Assembly (NCBI RefSeq): GCF_000196355.1
Contig: NC_007614.1
Span: forward strand, 1,320,001 to 1,352,000
From: Nitrosospira multiformis ATCC 25196
GTDB lineage: Bacteria; Pseudomonadota; Gammaproteobacteria; Burkholderiales; Nitrosomonadaceae
Direction: 5' to 3'
Length of the DNA stretch: 32,000 bases
The position numbers and the translations under genes are program-made. Shown in pieces: positions 9,374 through 18,897 of the stretch (position 1 is its first letter; the number at the start of each line of letters is the position of its first letter). The notes below the pieces were generated by a model. It was not told the origin of the DNA. It saw only the letters and a list, made by a program, of their open reading frames with translations, and did not search any database.

Positions 9374-9679
9374 ATGATTGGTGAAATTGACCCGACCATT
9401 ATTAATCTCACCGTATTCGTGCTGGCCGTGTTCGTGGGTTATCACGTAGTCTGGAATGTGACCCCGGCCCTGCACACGCCATTGATGTCGGTGACCAACG
9501 CGATTTCCGGCATTATTCTCGTCGGCGCCATGCTCGCCGCGGGGCCGGCGGAAACCGACTGGGGCGTATGGCTGGGGGCTGCCGCGGTAACCCTGGCCGC
9601 GATCAATGTATTCGGGGGATTTCTCGTTACCCAGCGGATGCTGGAAATGTTCAGAAAAAAAGATAAAAAAGGAAGCTAG
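9374..9679 (+). CDS. pntAB: NAD(P) transhydrogenase subunit alpha, part 2 (small membrane subunit)
   Basis: 101-aa hydrophobic protein with the [19 protein letters not shown] motif of the split alpha subunit. SD GAAGGAG upstream. It sits between pntAA and pntB. Confidence 0.9.
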   Translation: MIGEIDPTIINLTVFVLAVFVGYHVVWNVTPALHTPLMSVTNAISGIILVGAMLAAGPAETDWGVWLGAAAVTLAAINVFGGFLVTQRMLEMFRKKDKKGS

Positions 9680-9682
9680 TCA

Positions 9683-11062
9683 ATGTCGGCAAATACGGTC
9701 GCTCTCGCGTATCTTATCGCCTCGGTCTTCTTCATCCTGGCGTTAAAAGGTTTAAGCTCGCCGCTCTCCGCCCGACGCGGGAATCTGTTCGGGATCGTCG
9801 GAATGGTAATTGCGGTCATTACCACGCTTACCATCACCAAGAACTGGGCGTTGATCATTGTCTGCATCGCGCTGGGAGGGGCCATCGGCGCGGTGGTGGC
9901 CCGGCGTGTGCAGATGACCGCGATGCCCGAACTGGTTGCGTTCATGCACTCCCTCGTCGGTCTGGCGGCGGTATTCATCGCCATCGCCGCAGTCAATAAT
10001 CCCGCTTCCTTTGGTTTGCCCGAGACATTGCCGATGGGCAGCAAGCTGGAATTGTTTCTTGGCACATTCATCGGGGCCATGACCTGGTCGGGTTCGGTGA
10101 TCGCCTTCCTCAAATTGTCAGGCCGGATGAGTGGCGCACCCATCACTTTCGGCGGTCAGCATAAGGTCAATCTGGCCCTGGCGATCATCATGATTGGATT
10201 CGGCCTGGGGTTTTTCTTCAGCGCCACCACGAACTGGACTGCCTTCGCCGCCATGACCGCGGTTGCGTTCGTGCTCGGCTTTCTCATCATCATTCCGATT
10301 GGCGGCGCTGACATGCCCGTGGTCATTTCCATGCTCAATTCCTACTCCGGGTGGGCCGCAGCCGGTATCGGGTTCTCGCTTGGCAATCCCATGCTGATCA
10401 TCGCGGGATCACTGGTGGGCAGTTCGGGTGCGATCCTGTCCTATATCATGTGCAAGGCGATGAACCGTCCCTTCCTCTCCGTCATACTGGGTGGGTTCGG
10501 AAGTGAGGGGGGGGCCGCCGCGGCAGGAGATGGGACGCAAAAGACCTATCGCAGCGGCAGTGCGGATGATGCTGCTTTCATCATGGGAAATGCCGATAGC
10601 GTCATCATCGTGCCGGGCTACGGCCTGGCTGTGGCCAGGGCGCAGCATGCGGTGAAGGAACTGGCGGAAATGCTGCACAAGAAAGGCGTGAACGTGCGTT
10701 TTGCCATCCATCCTGTTGCGGGGCGCATGCCGGGGCACATGAACGTGCTGCTCGCCGAAGCCGAGATACCGTATGAGCAGGTGCTGGAGATGGATGAGAT
10801 CAACAGCGATTTTTCCAATACCGACGTGGTGCTTGTGCTTGGCGCAAACGACGTGGTGAATCCGGCGGCAAATGTGCCCGGTAGTCCGATCTACGGCATG
10901 CCCATTCTGGATGCGCATAAAGCGCGTACGGTAATGGTGGTCAAACGCAGCATGGCAGCGGGTTATGCTGGCCTGGACAACGATCTCTTCTACATGGACA
11001 AGACCATGATGATATTCGGGGATGCCAAGAAGGTCGTCGAGGATATGGTCAAGGCCTTGTAA
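9683..11062 (+). CDS. pntB: NAD(P) transhydrogenase subunit beta
   Basis: Multi-helix membrane N-terminal half followed by the NADP(H)-binding dIII domain (VIIVPGYGLAVARAQH, HPVAGRMPGHMNVLLAEA, LVLGANDVVNP). Starts 4 nt after the pntAB stop. Confidence 0.93.
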   Translation: MSANTVALAYLIASVFFILALKGLSSPLSARRGNLFGIVGMVIAVITTLTITKNWALIIVCIALGGAIGAVVARRVQMTAMPELVAFMHSLVGLAAVFIAIAAVNNPASFGLPETLPMGSKLELFLGTFIGAMTWSGSVIAFLKLSGRMSGAPITFGGQHKVNLALAIIMIGFGLGFFFSATTNWTAFAAMTAVAFVLGFLIIIPIGGADMPVVISMLNSYSGWAAAGIGFSLGNPMLIIAGSLVGSSGAILSYIMCKAMNRPFLSVILGGFGSEGGAAAAGDGTQKTYRSGSADDAAFIMGNADSVIIVPGYGLAVARAQHAVKELAEMLHKKGVNVRFAIHPVAGRMPGHMNVLLAEAEIPYEQVLEMDEINSDFSNTDVVLVLGANDVVNPAANVPGSPIYGMPILDAHKARTVMVVKRSMAAGYAGLDNDLFYMDKTMMIFGDAKKVVEDMVKAL

Positions 11063-11110
11063 CATTGAACATCGCCAGCAGCATCGGATGATGCCAGATG
11101 TAAGGACGCA

Positions 11111-11896
11111 GTGAGCGCAATCAAGGGTTTTTCTGAAGAACTGTTCACTGCGGACGGTCATACATTCCCCATTTTCCGGAAAGGTGGAGGGTACGGTGTC
11201 ATCCTTCTGCACGAACTGCCGGGCCTTACTTCGGAGACTGTGGAGTTTGCGGAATGGCTGGTAGATCGGGGATTTCACGTCGTCATGCCACTTCTGTTCG
11301 GCAGCCCGCTCCAGCCTGTGGTGCGGGGCCTGCTGCAAGCGCCTTTCATATGCATACGGAGGGAATTCAACACGCTGGCGACCGGTAAATCGAGCACTAT
11401 CACCCTGCCGCTTCGGACTTTGTGCCGAAAAATACACGCCGAGTGCGGTGGCCCGGGTGTGGGCGCCATTGGCATGTGTTACACAGGCGGATTCGTTTTG
11501 GCCATGATGCTTGAAGCCTCACTCCTCGCACCCGTCGCCGCGCAGCCGAGTTTGCCGCTCTGTCAGCCCGAAGGGCTCGATGTCGAACCCGAAGCGCTGT
11601 CCTTCGCATCCGCCCGCAGGGATACGATGTCGTTACTCGGACTTCGTTTCGAGGACGATGCGCTTTGCCCCGCGAGCCGATTCAACCGACTGGAAGCTTC
11701 ACTTCAACCTGCGCCAGCGTCACCTGTTCCGCGCTTTCACTCTGTTACGGTACCGGGGAAAGCGCATTCCACTCTCACGCTGGATTATCCGGCAGCACTC
11801 AAAGGTGGAGTCGATACACGTGAAGTTGTGCTTCAGCATTTGCGCAAACAATTGCTTGGTTCCTCCCAGCCCGGATATTCCACCCAACCGACCTGA
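11111..11896 (+). CDS. dienelactone hydrolase family alpha/beta-hydrolase
   Basis: GTG start. GVILLHELPGL...HVVMPLLFG is followed by a nucleophile elbow G-M-C-Y-T-G-G, a Cys nucleophile as in dienelactone hydrolases. Confidence 0.7.
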   Translation: MSAIKGFSEELFTADGHTFPIFRKGGGYGVILLHELPGLTSETVEFAEWLVDRGFHVVMPLLFGSPLQPVVRGLLQAPFICIRREFNTLATGKSSTITLPLRTLCRKIHAECGGPGVGAIGMCYTGGFVLAMMLEASLLAPVAAQPSLPLCQPEGLDVEPEALSFASARRDTMSLLGLRFEDDALCPASRFNRLEASLQPAPASPVPRFHSVTVPGKAHSTLTLDYPAALKGGVDTREVVLQHLRKQLLGSSQPGYSTQPT

Positions 11897-12291
11897 CAAT
11901 TGTAGAAAGCGGGATGAGCACGATCTCAACCATGGCTGAAACCGGTTTATCCGCGGCTTTCACAGGCACTGAGGGGTGTTTTGCGGCGTTTTCACGTCCC
12001 CCCGCTTCATGTCGATAGCCCCGATATTGACTAGGGGCGGAGGATACGCAAATCTACTCCCAAAACACCTCGCTCCATTAGCTGGTAAGCCGGTGAAATA
12101 TCCGGGCTCGTTCTTACCGGTTGCAGCGCCGGTCGAATATTTTTTTTGAGTGATTTCACGCCGGTTGTATACTTGAAAGGGAGATGAGAGGCGGCTTCCC
12201 GGCAACATTTGCGCGCTGTCCCTGCTAATTCTCCAGACTCAGTCATACACAAAAAAACGTTTTCCTCATTCCCCTGTTACCCCAGTTATAT

Positions 12292-13413
12292 ATGCCCATG
12301 CTGATCGGATTGCCCAAAGAAACGAAAGACCATGAAAACAGAGTAGGCATGACTCCGAGCAATGTCAAAGGGTTGACGCGACGTGGTCACCGCGTGCTGG
12401 TACAAAGCGGAGCAGGAGAAGGAAGTTTTCTTTCGGACGACGAATATCGCTTGGCAGGGGCTACGATTGTCCCCCGGGCGGAAGATGCGTGGGCAGCGCA
12501 GCTCGTGGTCAAGGTCAAGGAACCGACTCCTGCGGAATACGGTTACCTGCATCGGGACATGATGCTTTTCACTTATCTTCATCTGGCCTCGGACCGCCCT
12601 CTTGTCGAGGCTTTGCTCTCGAGCGGGGTTACAGCTGTGGCTTACGAAACGGTGCAAACCGCAGATGGGAAATTGCCACTGCTGGCGCCCATGAGCGAGG
12701 TGGCAGGACGCATGGCTACTCAAATCGGGGCGACCTATCTGCAAAAAACACAAGGGGGGCGAGGCGTGTTGATGGGAGGTGTCCCTGGTGTGGCCGCGGC
12801 CAACGTCGCCATTCTCGGCGCGGGCATCGTGGGAACGAACGCCGCCCGTGTGGCTGCGGGATGTGGCGCTCAGGTCACCGTGCTGGATGTGAGCCACGAC
12901 CGTCTGAAATACCTGGATGACATATATCGGGGGCAATTGCAGACGCGCTTCAGCGATGAATACAATATCGAGGAAGCGGTCTACGACGCCGATCTTGTCA
13001 TCGGTGCGGTTTTGATCCCGGGGGGACGAACTCCCTGGCTGGTAACGACGGATATGTTGCCGAAAATGCGAAGAGGATCGGTCATCGTCGATGTGGCGGT
13101 GGATCAGGGGGGATGCATTGAAACAAGCCGACCTACTACTCATAGCAATCCAACCTATGAGATCGACGGAGTGGTGCATTATTGTGTTGCGAACATGCCG
13201 AGCGCCGTTCCTCGTACCAGTACCTTTGCGCTGAGTATTCAGACGGCGATCTACGTCGTGCAGCTGGCGGATGAAGGTGTGAATGCGGTCAGAAAAAATC
13301 CGGCATTGAAATTCGGAATGAACACGCATCGCGGAGCGGTCACTTATCCCGCTATTGCACAGGAATTTGATATGCAATATGTCGATCCCTTGCAGGCATT
13401 GGGTAATGCCTGA
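12292..13413 (+). CDS. ald: alanine dehydrogenase
   Basis: MPMLIGLPKETKDHENRVGMTP..., Rossmann VAILGAGIVGTNAARVAAGCGA, and HYCVANMPSAVPRTST. ATG 12298 is an alternative start. Confidence 0.93.
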   Translation: MPMLIGLPKETKDHENRVGMTPSNVKGLTRRGHRVLVQSGAGEGSFLSDDEYRLAGATIVPRAEDAWAAQLVVKVKEPTPAEYGYLHRDMMLFTYLHLASDRPLVEALLSSGVTAVAYETVQTADGKLPLLAPMSEVAGRMATQIGATYLQKTQGGRGVLMGGVPGVAAANVAILGAGIVGTNAARVAAGCGAQVTVLDVSHDRLKYLDDIYRGQLQTRFSDEYNIEEAVYDADLVIGAVLIPGGRTPWLVTTDMLPKMRRGSVIVDVAVDQGGCIETSRPTTHSNPTYEIDGVVHYCVANMPSAVPRTSTFALSIQTAIYVVQLADEGVNAVRKNPALKFGMNTHRGAVTYPAIAQEFDMQYVDPLQALGNA

Positions 13414-13869
13414 TCAAAATCCTGACATTGGAAATATCGGGAGAGCAAGATGAAGTTACCCTACTCGACATTTCTCGTCATGCTGTTCGCCCCGTTGTTC
13501 CTGGCAAGCCAGACTTTGCCATTACCTCTGACCTGGGCAAATATTTTGGCGAATGGATCATGAGGCCGTGAATGATATGAGCTGGGAAGTTTCTGCGATA
13601 CTAGAAATGGAGATCTTGGCCATAATGCTTGCCGGGTTGGGACTCCTAGGCGGTCAAACGGGGTTCGCCGCAGAGGCTAAGGTCAGTTGAGTTCCTGGCA
13701 GGCTTCGCTGTTCGGGGTCTGGTATTTTCACGCGCTCCCAATAATAAAACAAAAAGTAGTTTTCCATGTCGGCGCACGCCGCATTCATACCACTGATCGC
13801 GTTCCTGTCTCAGTTTTGGACCCTGTCCAGGCAAATTCCCGATAAACCCATCAGAAAAAGGGGCTTATC

Positions 13870-15657
13870 ATGGTTTCCTTACTATCTCCGGCAAATCCCA
13901 TGCCCCATAGTTTTACCCTGATCACTACCATTGCCGTCAGCTTCGGCCTTGCCCTGCTGATGGGGGTGATCGCCAACCGGCTGAAGTTGCCCGTCCTGGT
14001 GGGCTATCTGACCGCAGGCGTCATCATGAGCGCCAACACCCCCGGGTTCGTCGCCGATATGGAGCTTTCAGGTCAACTGGCGGAAATCGGGGTCATTTTA
14101 CTGATGTTCGGGGTGGGATTGCATTTCTCGCTCAAGGATCTGTTGGCGGTGCGTCGTATCGCTTTGCCTGGCGCTCTCGTTCAGATTAGCGTCGCTACGG
14201 CCTTCGGCGCCGCTGTTGCCCTTTCCTGGGGCTGGAATCCGGCCATCAGTATCGTGTATGGCGTGTCGCTTTCGACCGCGAGCACCGTTGTATTGCTGAG
14301 AGCCCTGGAGCAGCGGGGCCTGCTCAAATCAGTCAATGGTTCGATTGCAGTGGGATGGCTGATCGTCGAAGATGTGGCCATGGTTCTTGTTCTTGTATTG
14401 CTGCCGCCGCTTGCGGACTGGTTGCGCAGCGACGTGAGTGGTGCCACAACGGATGTATCGGGCCTCAGTTTGCTGATCTCGGTGCTGTTTACCTTTGGCA
14501 AGGTGGCTATTTTCATTGCGCTGATGCTGGTGGTGGGAAGGCGCGTTTTTCCCAAATTGCTTTGGTATGTTGCCAGCACCAACTCCAATGAACTCTTCAT
14601 CCTGAGCGTGATCGCCGTTGCGATAGGCATCGCCTATGGCTCGGCCATGCTCTTCGGTGTTTCGTTCGCGCTGGGGGCGTTCTTTGCCGGCATGGTGATG
14701 AGGGAGTCGGATCTCAGTCATCGCGCCGCTCATGAATCGCTGCCCCTTCGGGACGCGTTCTCGGTTTTGTTTTTTGTCTCCGTGGGAATGCTGTTCGATC
14801 CCGATGTGCTGTTAGAGCAGCCTCTTCACCTTGTCGCCACACTCGGCATCATCATCATTGTTAAATCACTCGCTGCCTTCCTGCTGGTACTCGCCTTCCG
14901 TTACCCCTTGAATACGGCGCTTACCGTATCAGCCAGTCTGGCGCAGATCGGGGAATTCTCTTTTATCCTTGCCGGTCTGGGAGTGTCGCTCGGACTCCTG
15001 CCGGTTGAAGCGCAGAGTCTCATACTCGCGGCAGCCTTCATCTCGATCACCTTGAATCCGCTGATATTCAAGCTGGTTGAACCGGCGCAGGCATGGATAC
15101 GTTCCCGTTCCGGGGTGGCGCGCATCCTGGAACGTTCGGACGATCCCCTGGCGGAGTTGCCGACCACTGTCACATCAAGTTATGTTACGAACCATGTCGT
15201 GCTGGTGGGATATGGGCGCGTAGGCGGACACATCGGTGAAACGCTCAGGAAAGAGGGGGTTCCCCTAGTTGTGGCCGAGCAGAATCGGGAGACCGTCGAA
15301 GGGTTGCGCAAACGAGGCATTCACGCCGTTGCGGGAGATGCCGCGGAGCCCGCAGTGCTTATCCAGGCCCACATCGCGCGGGCTGCGATGCTGGTGATCG
15401 CGGTTCCCGATACATTGCGCGCTCGCCGAATGATCGAAACTGCACGTATACTTAACCCATCGGTCGGGATTATTGTGCGTACGCATAACGAAGAAGAGGC
15501 AACGCTACTGAGAAAGGAAAGCGGAGGAATGGTGTTCCTCGGGGAACACGAACTTGCGTTCAGCATGGTACGGCATGTGCTGGCGAACTTCCCCAAAACC
15601 GATATGGATGCCGAGCATCCGGTGCACGAACACATAAAGCGGCAAGGTTTGACTTAG
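13870..15657 (+). CDS. CPA2-family K+/H+ antiporter with C-terminal RCK/TrkA-N domain (YbaL/Kef-like)
   Basis: The N-terminal ~380 aa is almost entirely hydrophobic helices (LPVLVGYLTAGVIM..., IGEFSFILAGLG). The C-terminal Rossmann motif is HVVLVGYGRVGGHIGETLRKEGVPLVVAEQN. Confidence 0.9.
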   Translation: MVSLLSPANPMPHSFTLITTIAVSFGLALLMGVIANRLKLPVLVGYLTAGVIMSANTPGFVADMELSGQLAEIGVILLMFGVGLHFSLKDLLAVRRIALPGALVQISVATAFGAAVALSWGWNPAISIVYGVSLSTASTVVLLRALEQRGLLKSVNGSIAVGWLIVEDVAMVLVLVLLPPLADWLRSDVSGATTDVSGLSLLISVLFTFGKVAIFIALMLVVGRRVFPKLLWYVASTNSNELFILSVIAVAIGIAYGSAMLFGVSFALGAFFAGMVMRESDLSHRAAHESLPLRDAFSVLFFVSVGMLFDPDVLLEQPLHLVATLGIIIIVKSLAAFLLVLAFRYPLNTALTVSASLAQIGEFSFILAGLGVSLGLLPVEAQSLILAAAFISITLNPLIFKLVEPAQAWIRSRSGVARILERSDDPLAELPTTVTSSYVTNHVVLVGYGRVGGHIGETLRKEGVPLVVAEQNRETVEGLRKRGIHAVAGDAAEPAVLIQAHIARAAMLVIAVPDTLRARRMIETARILNPSVGIIVRTHNEEEATLLRKESGGMVFLGEHELAFSMVRHVLANFPKTDMDAEHPVHEHIKRQGLT

Positions 15658-15741
15658 GTTTGACTTGAATGCATTTTCATCGTTTCGCCGGACGAATGGC
15701 CGAACCCTGGTCGGGGTTCGGAATATAGGAAGGAGAATTCA

Positions 15742-16107
15742 ATGACCGACAAGATCACCATTTATCAGAAACCGACGTGCAGCAAATGCCGGGCTACGCT
15801 CGCTCTGCTGAAAGAAAGCGGGGAAGAGTTCGAGGCAGTCAACTATTATGACGCACGGCTGACCGTTGAACGGCTGCATGAACTGATTGACAAGCTTGGT
15901 ATTCCGATAATGGATGTATTGCGTCGCGAGGAATCGCTCGCACACGACCTCAAGCTTGTCGAGCGACACCGGATGGGGGAGTTATCCGATGAGGAATTGA
16001 TGAAAATCATGGTGGAGAATCCGGATCTGATCCAGCGTCCCATCGTTGTAAGAGGCAATCAGGCGGTGCTATGCCGTCCCCCGGAGAATGTAACGAAGTT
16101 GTTGTAA
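15742..16107 (+). CDS. ArsC/Spx/YffB-family thioredoxin-fold protein
   Basis: ITIYQKPTCSKCRATLALLKESG (CxxC near the N-terminus) and ...NPDLIQRPIVV, in a ~120-aa protein. SD GGAAGGAG upstream. Confidence 0.85.
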   Translation: MTDKITIYQKPTCSKCRATLALLKESGEEFEAVNYYDARLTVERLHELIDKLGIPIMDVLRREESLAHDLKLVERHRMGELSDEELMKIMVENPDLIQRPIVVRGNQAVLCRPPENVTKLL

Positions 16108-16226
16108 CATATCCTCTTCAAAGCCGTATCCGTTGACACGGTTTGCGCCCATGAAAGGGTGAACCCTGGAGCCGAGGAAACTCGCGAATCAATTTGTGAT
16201 ATGCTAACCATGTTCGGAAAGCGATA

Positions 16227-16643
16227 ATGAATTTCAGGTTAATCAAAGCGTTAAGGATAATTGCCTGCCTTATTCCCGCTGCCCTGGCAGGAACCAATGC
16301 CGCCATTGGTGCGGAAGCCGAATGTTCCGGATGCCTTTGCCCTGGAAATCCGTGCCGGCTGTGTCCGTTGCCACCTTCAAAAAATGCTCCCGCGATGCAG
16401 GATGAACCGGATGCCTGTCGCAAGATCAGGGAAAAAGTACCGCCGGTTTCCGCAAATACCGAGCCGAACGAGCATTACGCGAGCCTGGACAAGTCGATCA
16501 TGGAATGTGTAAGAAATGGTGGTGACGTTGTCATGAATTCACGGCGGAACAAGGAGTATCCTTCCAAGCATTATTGCAAACCTTATCTTGCTCCCGGCGC
16601 CTCCAGTGCCACCACAGGGAATTCGTCCCGGACGAAAAAATAG
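16227..16643 (+). CDS. secreted Cys-rich hypothetical protein
   Basis: Sec-type signal peptide (MNFRLIKALRIIACLIPAALAGTNAAIGA/EAE). The mature N-terminus is ECSGCLCPGNPCRLCP, and three more Cys follow. No family recognised. Confidence 0.5.
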   Translation: MNFRLIKALRIIACLIPAALAGTNAAIGAEAECSGCLCPGNPCRLCPLPPSKNAPAMQDEPDACRKIREKVPPVSANTEPNEHYASLDKSIMECVRNGGDVVMNSRRNKEYPSKHYCKPYLAPGASSATTGNSSRTKK

Positions 16644-16778
16644 AAATCAGAAAAGGCCGAATGCTCCGACGTACTGGATAGAACCAGTAAGTATCCTGCC
16701 TCGCGCTGCCAAATTCCGGCACTTCCGATCGTTTGAATCACCACAAGGGGGTTTCCAAGCCTGAGTGGCAGGATCAGT

Positions 16779-18335
16779 ATGAGGCATGCAAATAAAATTG
16801 CTTCGATTCCTCAAAGGAACCAAAGAAGAGAAATGATTGCCCCCGTGGAAGCCGGAAGACAGGATAGCGTAAGCGGTTCATGGGTAAGACTGCGGCGTAA
16901 GCCCAAATCCTTTGTCAAACTCATTCTGCTGGGTTTTGCTCTGGTTGGCTTGCCACTGATCGTGGCGCTCATCAATAGCGCTTTTTCCATTGACCGGTTG
17001 GCAAATCAGAGCCGGAAGGCTGTATATCAGGCGGCGGAGATTGCGCACAGCAGCCGCGCTCTTGCGGATGAAATCGCGAATATGGAGCGGGCGGTGCGCC
17101 AGACTCACATTCTGGGCGATACTGCCCTGCTGGAGGGTTATTTCCGTGGACATGCCGGATTCGAGAAAATCGCCGCGGGCCTTGCCGAACTCTCTCTCAG
17201 CGATGAGCAGAGACGATTGCTGGGACAGCTGAAATCAGAGGAGGCCGCTATTTTCGAGGAAATTTCAGCCGTTAAGCAATCACCGGAAGAGTTGCGTAAG
17301 CTGATCGGCAATTTTGGTCATCTGCGGGATTCCGCACGCTTCTTTTTCTCGCTCGGGTACGCGCTCATAGAGCGCGAAGTGGACGAAATGCAGGATATGG
17401 CGGGATCAGCGCGCTTTACCGTTGGCTGGCAACTGCTTGCACTGATTCCATTTGCCATATTACTTGCCTTCTTTTTTTCCTTCCGGATCGCCCGCCCGAT
17501 TCGCCAGATTGAAGAGGCTATCCGCAGCATGGGACAGGGAAAGCTGCATAAGGCGATTCGGGTGGATGGTCCTCAGGACTTGGTTTATTTTGGCGAAAGA
17601 CTGGACTGGATGAGACAGCGCCTGCTAAAGCTCGAAGAACAGAAGACGCGGTTCCTGCAGCATGTTTCTCACGAACTCAAGACCCCGCTGACAGCCATGC
17701 GGGAAGGGGCGGATTTGCTCGTGGAAGGTGTGGCGGGCAAGCTGACGGAAGAGCAGCAGCGCGTTGCCAGCATTCTTCATAGCAATAGCCTGCAGTTGCA
17801 GCGCCGCATCGAGGACTTGCTGAGTTATAGCGCCCTTCAGACCGAGAAAGCCGCACTGGTGAAACAGGAGGTGGATTTGAAGAAGATTCTGGATGTGGTA
17901 TTGCACGATCAGAATCTCATCATTATGAACAAAGGCCTGCGAATGGATTTGTCTTGCCCGGAAGTGATGCTGGAGTGCGAGCCGCAAAAAGTCAAAGTGA
18001 TTGTGGACAATCTTTTATCGAACGCTGTGAAATTCTCCCCCCGGGGAGGGTGCATCCGCATCTGGACAAGTGAGACAGCAGGGGTTGCGCAACTGGATAT
18101 AGTGGACGCTGGACCCGGAGTGGATGATGCCGATCGGGAGAAAGTATTCGAACCGTTTTATCAAGGGCGGAGAGTGCTTGACAGTCACGTGAGGGGAACG
18201 GGCTTGGGATTGTCGATCGCCCGGGAGTATGCGCTTGCGCATGGCGGGAACATCGAGCTCGTACCGCTGCCTGACCGCGGCGCCCACTTTCGGCTCACTC
18301 TCCCCGTTCATGATGTGCCTGAAGGATCAGCATGA
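16779..18335 (+). CDS. glrK: two-component sensor histidine kinase, GlrK/QseE-like
   Basis: TM1 (LILLGFALVGLPLIVALINSAF), a ~145-aa periplasmic domain containing NMERAVRQ, then TM2 and HAMP. H-box is FLQHVSHELKTPLTAMREG. HATPase N and G boxes are DNLLSNAVKFSP and GTGLGLSIAREY. Collinear with my recollection of E. coli GlrK. ATG 16833 is an alternative start. Confidence 0.85.
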   Translation: MRHANKIASIPQRNQRREMIAPVEAGRQDSVSGSWVRLRRKPKSFVKLILLGFALVGLPLIVALINSAFSIDRLANQSRKAVYQAAEIAHSSRALADEIANMERAVRQTHILGDTALLEGYFRGHAGFEKIAAGLAELSLSDEQRRLLGQLKSEEAAIFEEISAVKQSPEELRKLIGNFGHLRDSARFFFSLGYALIEREVDEMQDMAGSARFTVGWQLLALIPFAILLAFFFSFRIARPIRQIEEAIRSMGQGKLHKAIRVDGPQDLVYFGERLDWMRQRLLKLEEQKTRFLQHVSHELKTPLTAMREGADLLVEGVAGKLTEEQQRVASILHSNSLQLQRRIEDLLSYSALQTEKAALVKQEVDLKKILDVVLHDQNLIIMNKGLRMDLSCPEVMLECEPQKVKVIVDNLLSNAVKFSPRGGCIRIWTSETAGVAQLDIVDAGPGVDDADREKVFEPFYQGRRVLDSHVRGTGLGLSIAREYALAHGGNIELVPLPDRGAHFRLTLPVHDVPEGSA

Positions 18336-18883
18336 GGAGCATGGTGCGCATACGAGAACTCGGGCTGGTTCCGCCGATAGCGGCGTTGATGTTTCTGACC
18401 GCGTGCGTAGCCGTTGAAAGCGTTGAAAGCCCGCAGGCCGTCGAGCCCGCGCCGACCGAACTGGTTGTGACCGGACAAATGGATGATATGATGGAGTTTT
18501 ACGATTCCATCCGCAGGCAGTCGCCGGCAGAGGTGAGCCGGGTATACGACAAGGCGAAACAGAGCTTCATGCGGAACAAAAGCGATACCAACCGGGCCCG
18601 CCTGGTATTGCTTCTCATCCTGCCGAATACGTCCTTTCGAGATGTTACCTCTGCAATGCATCTGCTCAACGAATGGCCGAAGGACTCGAAATCGGCAAAT
18701 AATTTGCAGAGTTTCAAAAACCTGCTGATCGGTCTGCTTGCGGAGCAACAACGGCTGAATCACAGCATCGAGGAGCTTTCGCAGAAACTGAAAGATGAGC
18801 AGAAGCGTGTAGAAACCCTGCAGAGTCAGATCGATGCCATAAAAAGCATGGAAAAGAATCTGCTTAAAGAATTGGAATTGTAA
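18332..18883 (+). CDS. lipoprotein, YfhG/QseG-like accessory component
   Basis: The start overlaps the kinase stop (ATGA). Lipobox is ALMFLTAC. The C-terminal coiled-coil-like segment LLAEQQRLNHSIEELSQKLKDEQKRVETLQSQIDAIKSMEKNL resembles the YfhG C-terminus. Its position between kinase and regulator also fits. Confidence 0.65.
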   Translation: MRSMVRIRELGLVPPIAALMFLTACVAVESVESPQAVEPAPTELVVTGQMDDMMEFYDSIRRQSPAEVSRVYDKAKQSFMRNKSDTNRARLVLLLILPNTSFRDVTSAMHLLNEWPKDSKSANNLQSFKNLLIGLLAEQQRLNHSIEELSQKLKDEQKRVETLQSQIDAIKSMEKNLLKELEL

Positions 18884-18897
18884 AGAAACCTAAAATC

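Noticed and set aside
12040-12110. Possible guanidine-I (ykkC) or other known riboswitch in the ald upstream region (CTAGGGG..., ...ATATCCGGGCTCG).
   Set aside because: Only short, scattered resemblance to the ykkC consensus. The conserved GGTCCGAGAG and ACACGG segments are absent, and the genomic context (ald) does not fit. I kept it as an unclassified structured element instead.
13577-13690. Second 37-codon ORF after ald (MSWEVSAILEMEILAIMLAGLGLLGGQTGFAAEAKVS), and a near sigma-54 match TGGCCA-N..-CTTGC inside it.
   Set aside because: There is no Shine-Dalgarno. The GG/GC spacing of the sigma-54-like motif is off by one. Nothing else supports either feature.
15700-15721. GC-rich 8-bp hairpin CCGAACCC-tggtcg-GGGTTCGG between the antiporter and the ArsC-family gene, considered as a terminator or REP element.
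   Set aside because: No T-tract follows, so it is not a canonical intrinsic terminator. I found no second intergenic copy in the window, so it cannot be called a repeat family. It may still be a stabiliser or processing hairpin.
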